From Patescibacteria group bacterium (lineage in GTDB: Bacteria; Patescibacteriota; Minisyncoccia; Phycocordibacterales; UBA9973): a stretch of DNA of 64,000 nt. This document shows, one piece after another, positions 41,778 to 49,929 of this stretch (position 1 is the first letter of the stretch; each line of letters begins with the position of its first letter). The translations under genes were made by a program, and so were the position numbers. Below the pieces are notes generated by a model. It was not told the DNA's origin, searched no databases, and saw nothing but the letters and a program-made list of their open reading frames with translations. The DNA lies in NCBI GenBank assembly GCA_028865035.1, contig JAGWLB010000003.1, positions 2,247 through 66,246 of the forward strand, read 5' to 3'.

Positions 41778-42770
41778 GATAAACAAATTGATTTTTTTGC
41801 AATCGGTGATTTAGTTGTCGATGATTTTATAAGATTAAAGGACGCAGAAGCTACTTGCGATTTAGATCAAGAAAATTGCAAACTCTGTGTCCGATTTGGC
41901 GATAAAGTTCCTTATGAATTCCATGAAGTAGTCTATGCTGTTGGAAATAGTGCTAATGCTGCTGTGTCTGCTAGCCGACTAGGATTGGTATCTGCTCTTT
42001 CAGGGGTAGTCGGTAATGATGATCATGGTAAGAATTGTATGAAGGCACTTGCAGATAATAATATTCTTTTGGACTATATTGAAATTGACCCTAAACTTCC
42101 TACAAATTATCACTATGTTTTGTGGTACGGACCAGAACGTACTATTCTAGTCAATCATGCTCCTTATGAGCGTCATTTTCCAAAAGATATGAGAGCACCA
42201 AAATGGATATATTTATCTTCATTAGGTGAAAATACAGAAGAATTCCATCACGAAATAGCAACTTGGTTGAAAGAACACCCTGAGACAAAGCTTGCTTTCC
42301 AACCTGGAACATTTCAAATAATGCTTGGGTCCGAAAAATTAAAAGATATATATGAGTTATCTGATATATTTTTCTGCAATGTAGAAGAAGCTCAAAGGAT
42401 ATTAAAAATTGAAGAACTTGATCCACAAAAACTTATGAATGCCCTTCATAATCTTGGTCCTAAAATAATTATTCTTACAGATGGTATAAAAGGCGCATAT
42501 GCTCGTGAAGAAGATGGATCAATGTGGTTTATGCCTATTTATCCGCACACACCTATTGATCGTACTGGTGCTGGTGATGCATTTGAATCTACAATTACAT
42601 CAGCACTTGCAATGGGTAAAACACTAGAAGAAGCATTACAATGGGCTCCAATTAACGCTATGTCAGTTACACAATTCGTCGGAGCACAAAAGGGTCTCAT
42701 TTCTCAAGAAAAAATTGAAGAATATTTGCAAAAAGCACCAGAAGATTATAGGCTTAAAAAATTAAATTAA
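41775..42770 (+). CDS. PfkB family carbohydrate kinase
   Basis: GNSANAAV, NVEEA, TDG, DRTGAGDAF. Confidence 0.9.
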   Translation: MDKQIDFFAIGDLVVDDFIRLKDAEATCDLDQENCKLCVRFGDKVPYEFHEVVYAVGNSANAAVSASRLGLVSALSGVVGNDDHGKNCMKALADNNILLDYIEIDPKLPTNYHYVLWYGPERTILVNHAPYERHFPKDMRAPKWIYLSSLGENTEEFHHEIATWLKEHPETKLAFQPGTFQIMLGSEKLKDIYELSDIFFCNVEEAQRILKIEELDPQKLMNALHNLGPKIIILTDGIKGAYAREEDGSMWFMPIYPHTPIDRTGAGDAFESTITSALAMGKTLEEALQWAPINAMSVTQFVGAQKGLISQEKIEEYLQKAPEDYRLKKLN

Positions 42771-42797
42771 TATAATTAACATTTTTAAAACTACTAT

Positions 42798-43016
42798 TTA
42801 ATGATAGTTTTGTCTTTTGTTTATTATTTCTTCAGCCTTAATTATAGCTTCTCTAGGTTCAATTTCGTGTGAGGTAAGCTTTTTAATTATTTCTTCCAAT
42901 TGATTTATTTCGTCATCAACATTACCTTCTTGTAACACTTGTTGCTCAAGTGCTTTAATTGTTATTAACGCTTTTTGAAATGATTCTAAATTACTGTTAG
43001 GAGATTCTTGACTCAT
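42798..43016 (-). CDS. hypothetical protein
   Basis: 72-aa ORF in operon orientation. Confidence 0.55.
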   Translation of the reverse strand: MSQESPNSNLESFQKALITIKALEQQVLQEGNVDDEINQLEEIIKKLTSHEIEPREAIIKAEEIINKRQNYH

Positions 43017-43046
43017 ATAATTTTATTCATATAATGATTTGATAAT

Positions 43047-43673
43047 TTATGCAACTGGCACTGGCACAGATTGCGGTATATTGGGAGTAGGTACATTTTG
43101 TTCTTTTATGTCATCGTAGAATTTTGCTGTAGTAACATTAATGTATGGTATAAGCCATAGTAAACCTATACCCAATGTTGGTATACACAATAAAAGCCAT
43201 CCCAGGAAACGTAATTCTAAGAAGAATAATTTCCACTTATTACCCTTCATTATTTTTTTACTTTTGTTTATTGCATCATTAATTTTAATTGTGTGGTCTT
43301 CAGCAAGAATATAGTATGTCATTGAATACGAAAAACTTGCAATTACTCCAGGTATAATAAAAAGTAATGTCCAAAGAAATGTATATATTAAAATTAGAAA
43401 ATATGCGAAAAATCCCCTCCACCACTTTTTAAACTCATCAAAAATACGAGCTATCCTAGGATTTTGATTCCTAGAAAACGATAACCAAAAACCATAGAGT
43501 CCGACAATAAAAGGTCCTGCTATAACTAACGATACCAACCATCCAATTTTTGGTATAAATCTAACTAAAATTGATATTAAAAAATATAATAATGTAACTT
43601 TAACACCTTCTATCCATTTACCATTTAATACTTCTCTTGCTTCTCTCATTAAAACTTTATTTTGTGTTTTCAT
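43047..43673 (-). CDS. DUF975 family membrane protein
   Basis: LWTLLFIIPG, YSMTYYIL, SKKIMKGNKWKLF, LWLIPY, FYD. Confidence 0.85.
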   Translation of the reverse strand: MKTQNKVLMREAREVLNGKWIEGVKVTLLYFLISILVRFIPKIGWLVSLVIAGPFIVGLYGFWLSFSRNQNPRIARIFDEFKKWWRGFFAYFLILIYTFLWTLLFIIPGVIASFSYSMTYYILAEDHTIKINDAINKSKKIMKGNKWKLFFLELRFLGWLLLCIPTLGIGLLWLIPYINVTTAKFYDDIKEQNVPTPNIPQSVPVPVA

Positions 43674-43699
43674 ATAAAATATAGTTATTAATAATAAAA

Positions 43700-44698
43700 T
43701 TAAACTCTTCTTTTTAAAACTTTTTCAACAGCTTTTATAATATCTGGAACATCCATTCCATAGTGTTTTATAAGCTCTTCGGATGTACCTGATTGACCAA
43801 ATTTATTCTGAACACCCAAGAATTCTATAGGTGTCGGGTAATAAAGGGCCAAACATTCTGCAACTGCACTACCCATACCGCCTGAAACCTGATGTTCTTC
43901 AAGTGTGACTAAAGCTTTTGCTTCTTTAGCTAGTGACACAATTGCTTCATCATCTAGTGGTTTAATAGTAGACAAATTCATAACTTTGATTTTAACTCCA
44001 TCTTTCTCTAAAATTTTTGCAGCAAGTATGGCTTTGTGTAGAAGTGCACCTGTAGCTATAATTCCAATATCAGCAAGTCCAGATTCAGGAATAAATACAA
44101 TCTGAGCTTTCCCTATTTCAAATGGTGTATCATCTGTTGTTATGATAGGAGTTTTTTCTCGAGCTAATCGTAGGTAGGTTGGCTCTTTTATTTTCGCGCA
44201 AGCTATAGTTGCCTTCTTTGCTTCTATAGAATCGCAAGGAGATATAACAACCATATTAGGTATAACCCTAGTAATAGCTAGATCTTCAATTGCTTGGTGT
44301 GTACCACCGTCAGGGCCAACAGATACACCAGCGTGAGAACCAGCAATTTTTACAGGTCTATCATTATAGCAAATAGTTGTACGTATTTGCTCCCAGTTGC
44401 GACCAGGAGAGAACATTGCATATGAAGATATAAAAGGTATCTTACCCATAGCAGCCATTCCTGATGCAACCGAAGCAAGATTTTGTTCAGCAACACCTAT
44501 CTCTACGTATCTCTCAGGGAATTTATCTGCAAATAAATCCATTTTTGTAGATCCAACTAGATCTGCGCAGAGTGCAACTATATTATTATCTTCAATTCCT
44601 GCTTGTAATAGACCTTCACCAAACCCTTGGCGAATAGGTATCTGCTCGACATCGTCGTTAAAAAGTTTGGTATTTAATTTTAGTGATTGATTAAGCAT
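43700..44698 (-). CDS. tkt: transketolase, C-terminal subunit
   Basis: GVAEQN, DGGTHQ, YLRLAR, EEHQ. Confidence 0.92.
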   Translation of the reverse strand: MLNQSLKLNTKLFNDDVEQIPIRQGFGEGLLQAGIEDNNIVALCADLVGSTKMDLFADKFPERYVEIGVAEQNLASVASGMAAMGKIPFISSYAMFSPGRNWEQIRTTICYNDRPVKIAGSHAGVSVGPDGGTHQAIEDLAITRVIPNMVVISPCDSIEAKKATIACAKIKEPTYLRLAREKTPIITTDDTPFEIGKAQIVFIPESGLADIGIIATGALLHKAILAAKILEKDGVKIKVMNLSTIKPLDDEAIVSLAKEAKALVTLEEHQVSGGMGSAVAECLALYYPTPIEFLGVQNKFGQSGTSEELIKHYGMDVPDIIKAVEKVLKRRV

Positions 44699-44701
44699 AA
44701 T

Positions 44702-45571
44702 TTATTCGTCTTCACTTTTAATTCTACCACCAAGGGTTCGTAGCTCTTTTAATGCCATCTGACCTTGTTCTTTGTTAGGTGGTGTACCATGCCAATGGTA
44801 ATCTCTTTCGAATTCACGTACCCCTTTACCAGGAATAGTACGAGCTATTATTACTGACGGCTTTTCGTATACTGCTTTAGCTTTACATATTGCATCATTA
44901 ATATCTCTAAAATTATGCCCATCAATTTCTTGGACATGCCAGTTAAAAGATTGCCATTTAGCTGCTAGGTCATCAAGTGGCATAACATTTTCAGTAAAAC
45001 CATCAATTTGAATATTATTTCTATCAACTATAACCAAAAGATTACGAAGATGTTCTTTACCAGCAAGCATAATTGCTTCCCAGTTCTGACCTTCATTTAA
45101 CTCACCATCTCCTGTAAGGCAGTATATTGTTTTATCTGTTCCAGGACCAAAATCTATACGGTCTGCTATTGCCATACCTATAGCTTGTGATAAACCTGAA
45201 CCGAGTGGTCCAGATGAGTTCTCAAGCCAAGGCATAAATTCCCTGTGAGGATGACCTTGAAGTCGTGAACCAAATTTACGGAGTGTTAAAAGCTCATTAA
45301 TAGGCATATAGCCTGCATAAGCCATAGTCGCATATAATACTGGACAAATATGACCATTAGAAAGGACTAACCTATCTCGATCTTTCCAATCTGGTCTTTT
45401 TGGGTCTTGCTTGAGCGCATGAAAATATAACAAAGTAAATATATCTGCCATTCCTAATGGCCCAGCAGTATGCCCAGATTTTGCCTCGACAAGCATTTCA
45501 ATAATACTTTGCCTGATATTGTTTGCAGTAATTTTTAATTCTTTTATTTTTAAATCTGTAAGATTTTCCAT
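44702..45571 (-). CDS. tkt: transketolase, N-terminal subunit
   Basis: SGH, DRLVLSNGH, LQGHP, GDGELNEG, WHG. Confidence 0.92.
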   Translation of the reverse strand: MENLTDLKIKELKITANNIRQSIIEMLVEAKSGHTAGPLGMADIFTLLYFHALKQDPKRPDWKDRDRLVLSNGHICPVLYATMAYAGYMPINELLTLRKFGSRLQGHPHREFMPWLENSSGPLGSGLSQAIGMAIADRIDFGPGTDKTIYCLTGDGELNEGQNWEAIMLAGKEHLRNLLVIVDRNNIQIDGFTENVMPLDDLAAKWQSFNWHVQEIDGHNFRDINDAICKAKAVYEKPSVIIARTIPGKGVREFERDYHWHGTPPNKEQGQMALKELRTLGGRIKSEDE

Positions 45572-45580
45572 AAATATATT

Positions 45581-46270
45581 TTATAAATTTTCAAACTCTC
45601 TTATCATTTGACTTGGATCATTGCTTGATATTAATGCAGATCCTACCACTAATCTATTTGCACCTGCTTTTACAAGAAGCGGTGCAGTGTCTTTGTTTAC
45701 GCTTCCATCTACACTTATTATAAGCTCTGGGTATGCAGTACGCAATTCTGATATTTGTGATAGAACACGTTCATCAAATGGTTGACCTTGATAACCTATA
45801 TGTTTTATTCCCATACATTGAACAAAATCAATATGTGAAATAATCGGAGTAAGTTCGTTTATGGGTGTTGTAGTGTTTATTGCTACACCTATTTGTATAT
45901 TTTCTCTTATATACATATCTAAACTTTCTATAAATTCTTTAAATTCAACTTTGTCATTTTCTGCTTCTATATGGAATACTATTCTTTTTGCACCAAGTCT
46001 AGTAAAAAATTCAAAGTGTTTATGAGCATTTGCAACCATAAGGTCAAATTCGAAATCAATCGAGTCCCAAAATGGTAAACCTGACTCTTCGTTTAAAATA
46101 CTTTGGATACTTTCTTGATTATCTTTACCCATTGGCCAAGAAATAGAAGGAGTGAATTTACCATCACACATATCAATTTGAACAATAGAAGTTATGTTTA
46201 CAATATGAGCTAAATACTCACGTAATTTATCAAAATTCTCAACTAGTATTGCAGGTATAACTTCTATCAT
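45581..46270 (-). CDS. rpe: ribulose-phosphate 3-epimerase (divergent)
   Basis: IPAIL, D.CDGKF, FHIE, GQPF, VDGSV, GAN.LVVGS; pentose-phosphate context. Confidence 0.82.
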   Translation of the reverse strand: MIEVIPAILVENFDKLREYLAHIVNITSIVQIDMCDGKFTPSISWPMGKDNQESIQSILNEESGLPFWDSIDFEFDLMVANAHKHFEFFTRLGAKRIVFHIEAENDKVEFKEFIESLDMYIRENIQIGVAINTTTPINELTPIISHIDFVQCMGIKHIGYQGQPFDERVLSQISELRTAYPELIISVDGSVNKDTAPLLVKAGANRLVVGSALISSNDPSQMIREFENL

Positions 46271-46271
46271 A

Positions 46272-46706
46272 TTAGATTTTTTCTATTCTACGTATATGTC
46301 TAGGTTCATTTGAAAATGGAGTTTCTAAGAAAATTTTTATTGCACTTTTGGCTTCATCCTCATTAATGAATCTTGCACCAAGAGAAAGTATATTTGCATC
46401 ATTATCATTTCTTGAAGCTTTAATAATATCTAAGTTACCTCCATAGTATAAGGCTGCACGAATACCATCTATTCTATTCGCACACATTGCTTCTCCCTGA
46501 CCACTACCTCCTATAACAATACCCATGCCTCTAGGATCATCAGCTACTGCGTGGGCTACAGGCTTAATAAAATCAGGATAATCATCATCTTTCTCGAATT
46601 CAAAGGCACCTATATCTTCGAAATCGTAGCCTTGGTCTTTTAAGTAAATATTTAATTTTTCTTTTAATTCATATCCAGCGTGATCTGTTCCTATGTATAC
46701 TTTCAT
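46272..46706 (-). CDS. rpiB: ribose-5-phosphate isomerase B
   Basis: GTDHAGY, DDYPD, GGSGQGE, NDANILSLGAR, RHIRR; start set at 46706. Confidence 0.92.
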   Translation of the reverse strand: MKVYIGTDHAGYELKEKLNIYLKDQGYDFEDIGAFEFEKDDDYPDFIKPVAHAVADDPRGMGIVIGGSGQGEAMCANRIDGIRAALYYGGNLDIIKASRNDNDANILSLGARFINEDEAKSAIKIFLETPFSNEPRHIRRIEKI

Positions 46707-46757
46707 AGTAATATTATAACACTTAATTAAATTATATGATAATATTATATCAACAAT

Positions 46758-47534
46758 ATGATAAATTTCTATAAATACCACGGAGCAGGAAATGATTTTA
46801 TTATGATAGATAATAGAGATGGTAATTTCGATGTTAAAAATAAAGATTTAGTGAAGTTATTATGCCATCGCAGGTTCGGTATTGGTGCTGATGGTATTAT
46901 TCTAGTAGAAAATGATGCCGATTATGATTTTAGAATGGTTTTTATGAACAACGATGGCAGTATTGGTGCTATGTGTGGTAATGGCGGACGCTGTATAGTT
47001 CATTTCGCCTACCATATTTTAAAAATTGTAAAAGACCCTAAGAATGTAGAATTCATAGCAGTAGATGGTAAGCACCAAGCAGATATAGATGGCGACATCG
47101 TAAAACTCAAAATGCAAGATATAGAAAGCATCAGCACTCGCAATAACCTACCATACATTTGCCAAGGTACGACTCCACACAATATACAATTTGTAACTAA
47201 CCTTAAAGACTTCCCTGTTTTCGAAACTGGCCGAAAAATTCGCTACTTAGATGAAAGTGGAGTCAATGTAAACTTTGTCGAACTTATAGACGGAGTATTC
47301 CATGTTCGCACTTACGAACGTGGAGTTGAAGATGAGACGCTGGCTTGTGGTACAGGTGCAACTTCTGTCGCTATTGCTGTTCATAATAACGGAATGCTAA
47401 AAGAAAATGTAGCTCATATAAAAATGCCAGGTGGTGATTTGAAAGTATCATTTGAAAAAATGCCTGATGACACATACCAAAACATTTGGCTTACCGGTGA
47501 AGCCAAATGTGTGTTTGAAGGCGAATGGGAATAA
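46758..47534 (+). CDS. dapF: diaminopimelate epimerase
   Basis: KYHGAGNDF, GIGADG, MCGNG, NVNF, ERGVEDETLACGTG. Confidence 0.93.
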   Translation: MINFYKYHGAGNDFIMIDNRDGNFDVKNKDLVKLLCHRRFGIGADGIILVENDADYDFRMVFMNNDGSIGAMCGNGGRCIVHFAYHILKIVKDPKNVEFIAVDGKHQADIDGDIVKLKMQDIESISTRNNLPYICQGTTPHNIQFVTNLKDFPVFETGRKIRYLDESGVNVNFVELIDGVFHVRTYERGVEDETLACGTGATSVAIAVHNNGMLKENVAHIKMPGGDLKVSFEKMPDDTYQNIWLTGEAKCVFEGEWE

Positions 47535-47561
47535 TTATAATTCTTAATTATATTCCTAAAT

Positions 47562-47592
47562 AAAAAAAGAGCCCTTACCGAAGTAAGGGCTC
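47562..47592 (-). terminator. intrinsic terminator (cUUCGg loop) after the GC-rich gene
   Basis: GAGCCCTTAC-TTCG-GTAAGGGCTC-TTTTTTT. Confidence 0.85.
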
Positions 47593-47641
47593 AAAGGGTC
47601 TAAGACCCAAGATGTAACACGAGGTACAAAGTGCCAAAGGA

Positions 47642-48406
47642 CTATAAGTCGCAGAAGCACAACAAGCAGTCGCCATCGTCCCAGGCAGACTCGAAGTAAC
47701 CGAGGTAGAACCTCCAGACACCGTCCGAGCGGCGGTCCACGTACGGCACCCTATGGCGGCCGTCGGAGTCTTCACAGAGGGTGTCCTTCTCATCGAAGGA
47801 AACTGTCCATTTGCCCACCGGAAACTGGTCCGCTTTGTTGTCTTGCAACAACGTCACGCCCTGTCCGCCCACGAGGAGGGCGTCCTTCTCATCGAAGGAA
47901 ACTGTCCATTTGCCCACCGGAAACTGGTCCGCTTTGTTGTCTTGCAACAACGTCACGCCCTGTCCGCCCACGAGGATGGCTCCCTGCTTCTTCAGGAAGG
48001 TCATGCAGTCTTCACTGGTGACCGTCGAGAGGATTGGGAAGATTCGCACGCGGTACTTCTTGCCAGGCTCCAGCTTGTTCGTCGCTTTCGCGAAGTTCTT
48101 GCTGTTAAGGTCATCGTTGAAGTAGTAGGTGGTCTTCAGCTTCTTGGTCTTCTTGGCGAAGGTGTCGAGCTGGGTGTCGTGCTTGTAGTCTGCCGGCACC
48201 GTGAACTCGAAGTCCTTCACCGCGGGGCCGAAGCTCTGGTCCACCATGGCGAGTTTCTGCAGGATGGGCTTCACTTGCTCTTGCAACGTGCCACCTGCTT
48301 TGATGATTTCCTGAGCCTCATCTTTCGATAAGCCCAACGCACGGACCGCGTCTCTTACGAGATCGGCGATGCGATTTTCTTGGTTTGACGTGATCTTTTC
48401 AGTCAT
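47642..48406 (-). CDS. GC-rich hypothetical protein, candidate DGR variable (target) protein
   Basis: 254-aa ORF; C-terminus HRVPYVDRRSDGVWRFYLGYFESAWDDGDCLLCFCDL; composition far more GC-rich than the flanks. Confidence 0.6.
   Translation of the reverse strand: MTEKITSNQENRIADLVRDAVRALGLSKDEAQEIIKAGGTLQEQVKPILQKLAMVDQSFGPAVKDFEFTVPADYKHDTQLDTFAKKTKKLKTTYYFNDDLNSKNFAKATNKLEPGKKYRVRIFPILSTVTSEDCMTFLKKQGAILVGGQGVTLLQDNKADQFPVGKWTVSFDEKDALLVGGQGVTLLQDNKADQFPVGKWTVSFDEKDTLCEDSDGRHRVPYVDRRSDGVWRFYLGYFESAWDDGDCLLCFCDL
47777..47976. repeat. 99-bp in-frame tandem duplication
   Basis: 47777-47877 matches 47876-47976 with one mismatch (47782 T vs 47881 C); encodes LVGGQGVTLLQDNKADQFPVGKWTVSFDEKD(A/T)L twice. 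Confidence 0.95.
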
Positions 48407-48471
48407 CGTTTTATCCTTTTTTGAATGTACAATCCAGAATCTGCTGGAACAGTCGCAATCTTGCTAGCACT

Positions 48472-48500
48472 ATTATATCAAATAACACTCTATTTGTCAA
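48472..48500 (-). promoter_or_regulatory. consensus sigma70 promoter of the GC-rich gene
   Basis: TTGACA-17 nt-TATAAT with extended TG; AAGGA SD-like site before the ATG. Confidence 0.8.
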
Positions 48501-48641
48501 TGTCAAGGCTAAATGGCAAATATCGTTAGTCCATCTTTCTTTTCTAATTGGTTGATAAAATTGATCTTTCAGGCGATCGTAAACAAATATCAAAAAGCCC
48601 CACTTATTTCTCGAGGCTTTTTTAAAATCTATTTATATGTT

Positions 48642-49673
48642 TTATTTTATTGTCCTCCCTGTCTTGATGACATGGTCTACAAGAGTATGTGTATATGACA
48701 TCTCGTTATCATACCAGCCGAGGACCTTCACAAGATTACCACTGACAACACGAGTCATAGCAAGGTCAGCGATAGATGCGTGAGATTCACCAAGTATATC
48801 GCTTGAGACTAGGGGTTCTTCTGTCACAGCAAAGATTTTACTCCATTGTTCGCTCCCTGCTGCTTTTTTAAGGATTTCATTTACTTCTTCGGCAGTAGTA
48901 TTTTTCTTTGAGATAAAAGTAATATCAACGATAGATCCTGCTGGGACTGGAACACGAAGTGAAATACCATCAAAAAGTCCTTCAAGTTCAGGATAGGCTT
49001 TGGTAACGGCAATGGCTGCACCTGTTGAACTTGGGACAATATTTTGGGCAGCCGCTCGGCCTTCTCTGAGATCTTTTTTACTTGGTCCATCTACAAGAGA
49101 TTGTGAAGCAGTATATCCGTGAGTTGTTGAAAGGACAGCTTTCTCTATGCCTAACGCCTCGTGCAATATGCCTATGAGTGGTGAAGCTGCGTTTGTTGTA
49201 CAAGAACCGTTTGAAGTTATATCACAAGTGCCAAACTTTTCTTCATTAACACCGAGGAGAATTGTCGCACCAGGGACACTTCCATCTCCTTCTTTTGCTG
49301 GAGCAGAAATAACAACTTTCTTAGCACCATCTGCAATATGGAATTGTGATTTATCATAACTTGTAAACAATCCAGTTGATTCAATGACGACATCAATATC
49401 TAAATCTTTCCAAGGGAGTTTGGTAGTATCTCTTTCTGAAATAAAAGTAATTTTCTTACCATCTATCCAAATATCTTTACCGTCGTGTTTTACATCGTGA
49501 CCCCAGTTGTGGTATACAGTATCGTGTTTTAATAAGTATGTAAGACTATCGAGCGAGCCCAAGTCATTGACGGCAATTATGTCTATCTCTTCCCTATCCC
49601 AAGCTATTTTTAAAAAGGCACGACCAATACGCCCGAAACCATTTATTGCTACTTTAATTTTTTTATTTTCCAT
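48642..49673 (-). CDS. gap: glyceraldehyde-3-phosphate dehydrogenase
   Basis: INGFGRIGR, ESTG, SCTTN, RVPV, WYDNE. Confidence 0.97.
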   Translation of the reverse strand: MENKKIKVAINGFGRIGRAFLKIAWDREEIDIIAVNDLGSLDSLTYLLKHDTVYHNWGHDVKHDGKDIWIDGKKITFISERDTTKLPWKDLDIDVVIESTGLFTSYDKSQFHIADGAKKVVISAPAKEGDGSVPGATILLGVNEEKFGTCDITSNGSCTTNAASPLIGILHEALGIEKAVLSTTHGYTASQSLVDGPSKKDLREGRAAAQNIVPSSTGAAIAVTKAYPELEGLFDGISLRVPVPAGSIVDITFISKKNTTAEEVNEILKKAAGSEQWSKIFAVTEEPLVSSDILGESHASIADLAMTRVVSGNLVKVLGWYDNEMSYTHTLVDHVIKTGRTIK

Positions 49674-49689
49674 TTTTTTATTATATCAC

Positions 49690-49923
49690 TTAGTCGCCAA
49701 TATATTCAAATCGAGGGCCTTTGTAGCCGTCTTTATCTACTTTTTCAAGAAACATTGATTCAGGCCTAGCCCAAACTCTCCAGCCAGAATGCACAGTATC
49801 TGTCTGTCTTTCATAAACCACGAGTAATTCTTCATTTTCTGTATGTTTCGCTAGCGTAATTACCTTATATAAATCACCTTTAAAATGTCTATATATTTGC
49901 CCAGGTTTAATTTCTGTAGCCAT
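49690..49923 (-). CDS. DUF1653 family protein
   Basis: YRHFKG, AKHTE, VVY, WARP..MF, RF. Confidence 0.85.
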   Translation of the reverse strand: MATEIKPGQIYRHFKGDLYKVITLAKHTENEELLVVYERQTDTVHSGWRVWARPESMFLEKVDKDGYKGPRFEYIGD

Positions 49924-49929
49924 AAATTA

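Noticed and set aside
47777-47976. The 99-bp repeat pair as a DGR TR/VR pair or a CRISPR array
   Set aside because: The copies are tandem, in frame and differ at one base; there are no spacers, no multiple adenine mismatches, and no RT or cas genes
47575-48331. Overlapping ORFs 47575..47793(-), 47753..48331(+) and 47781..48125(+)
   Set aside because: Shadow frames from GC-rich codon usage; promoter, SD and terminator fit only 47642..48406(-)
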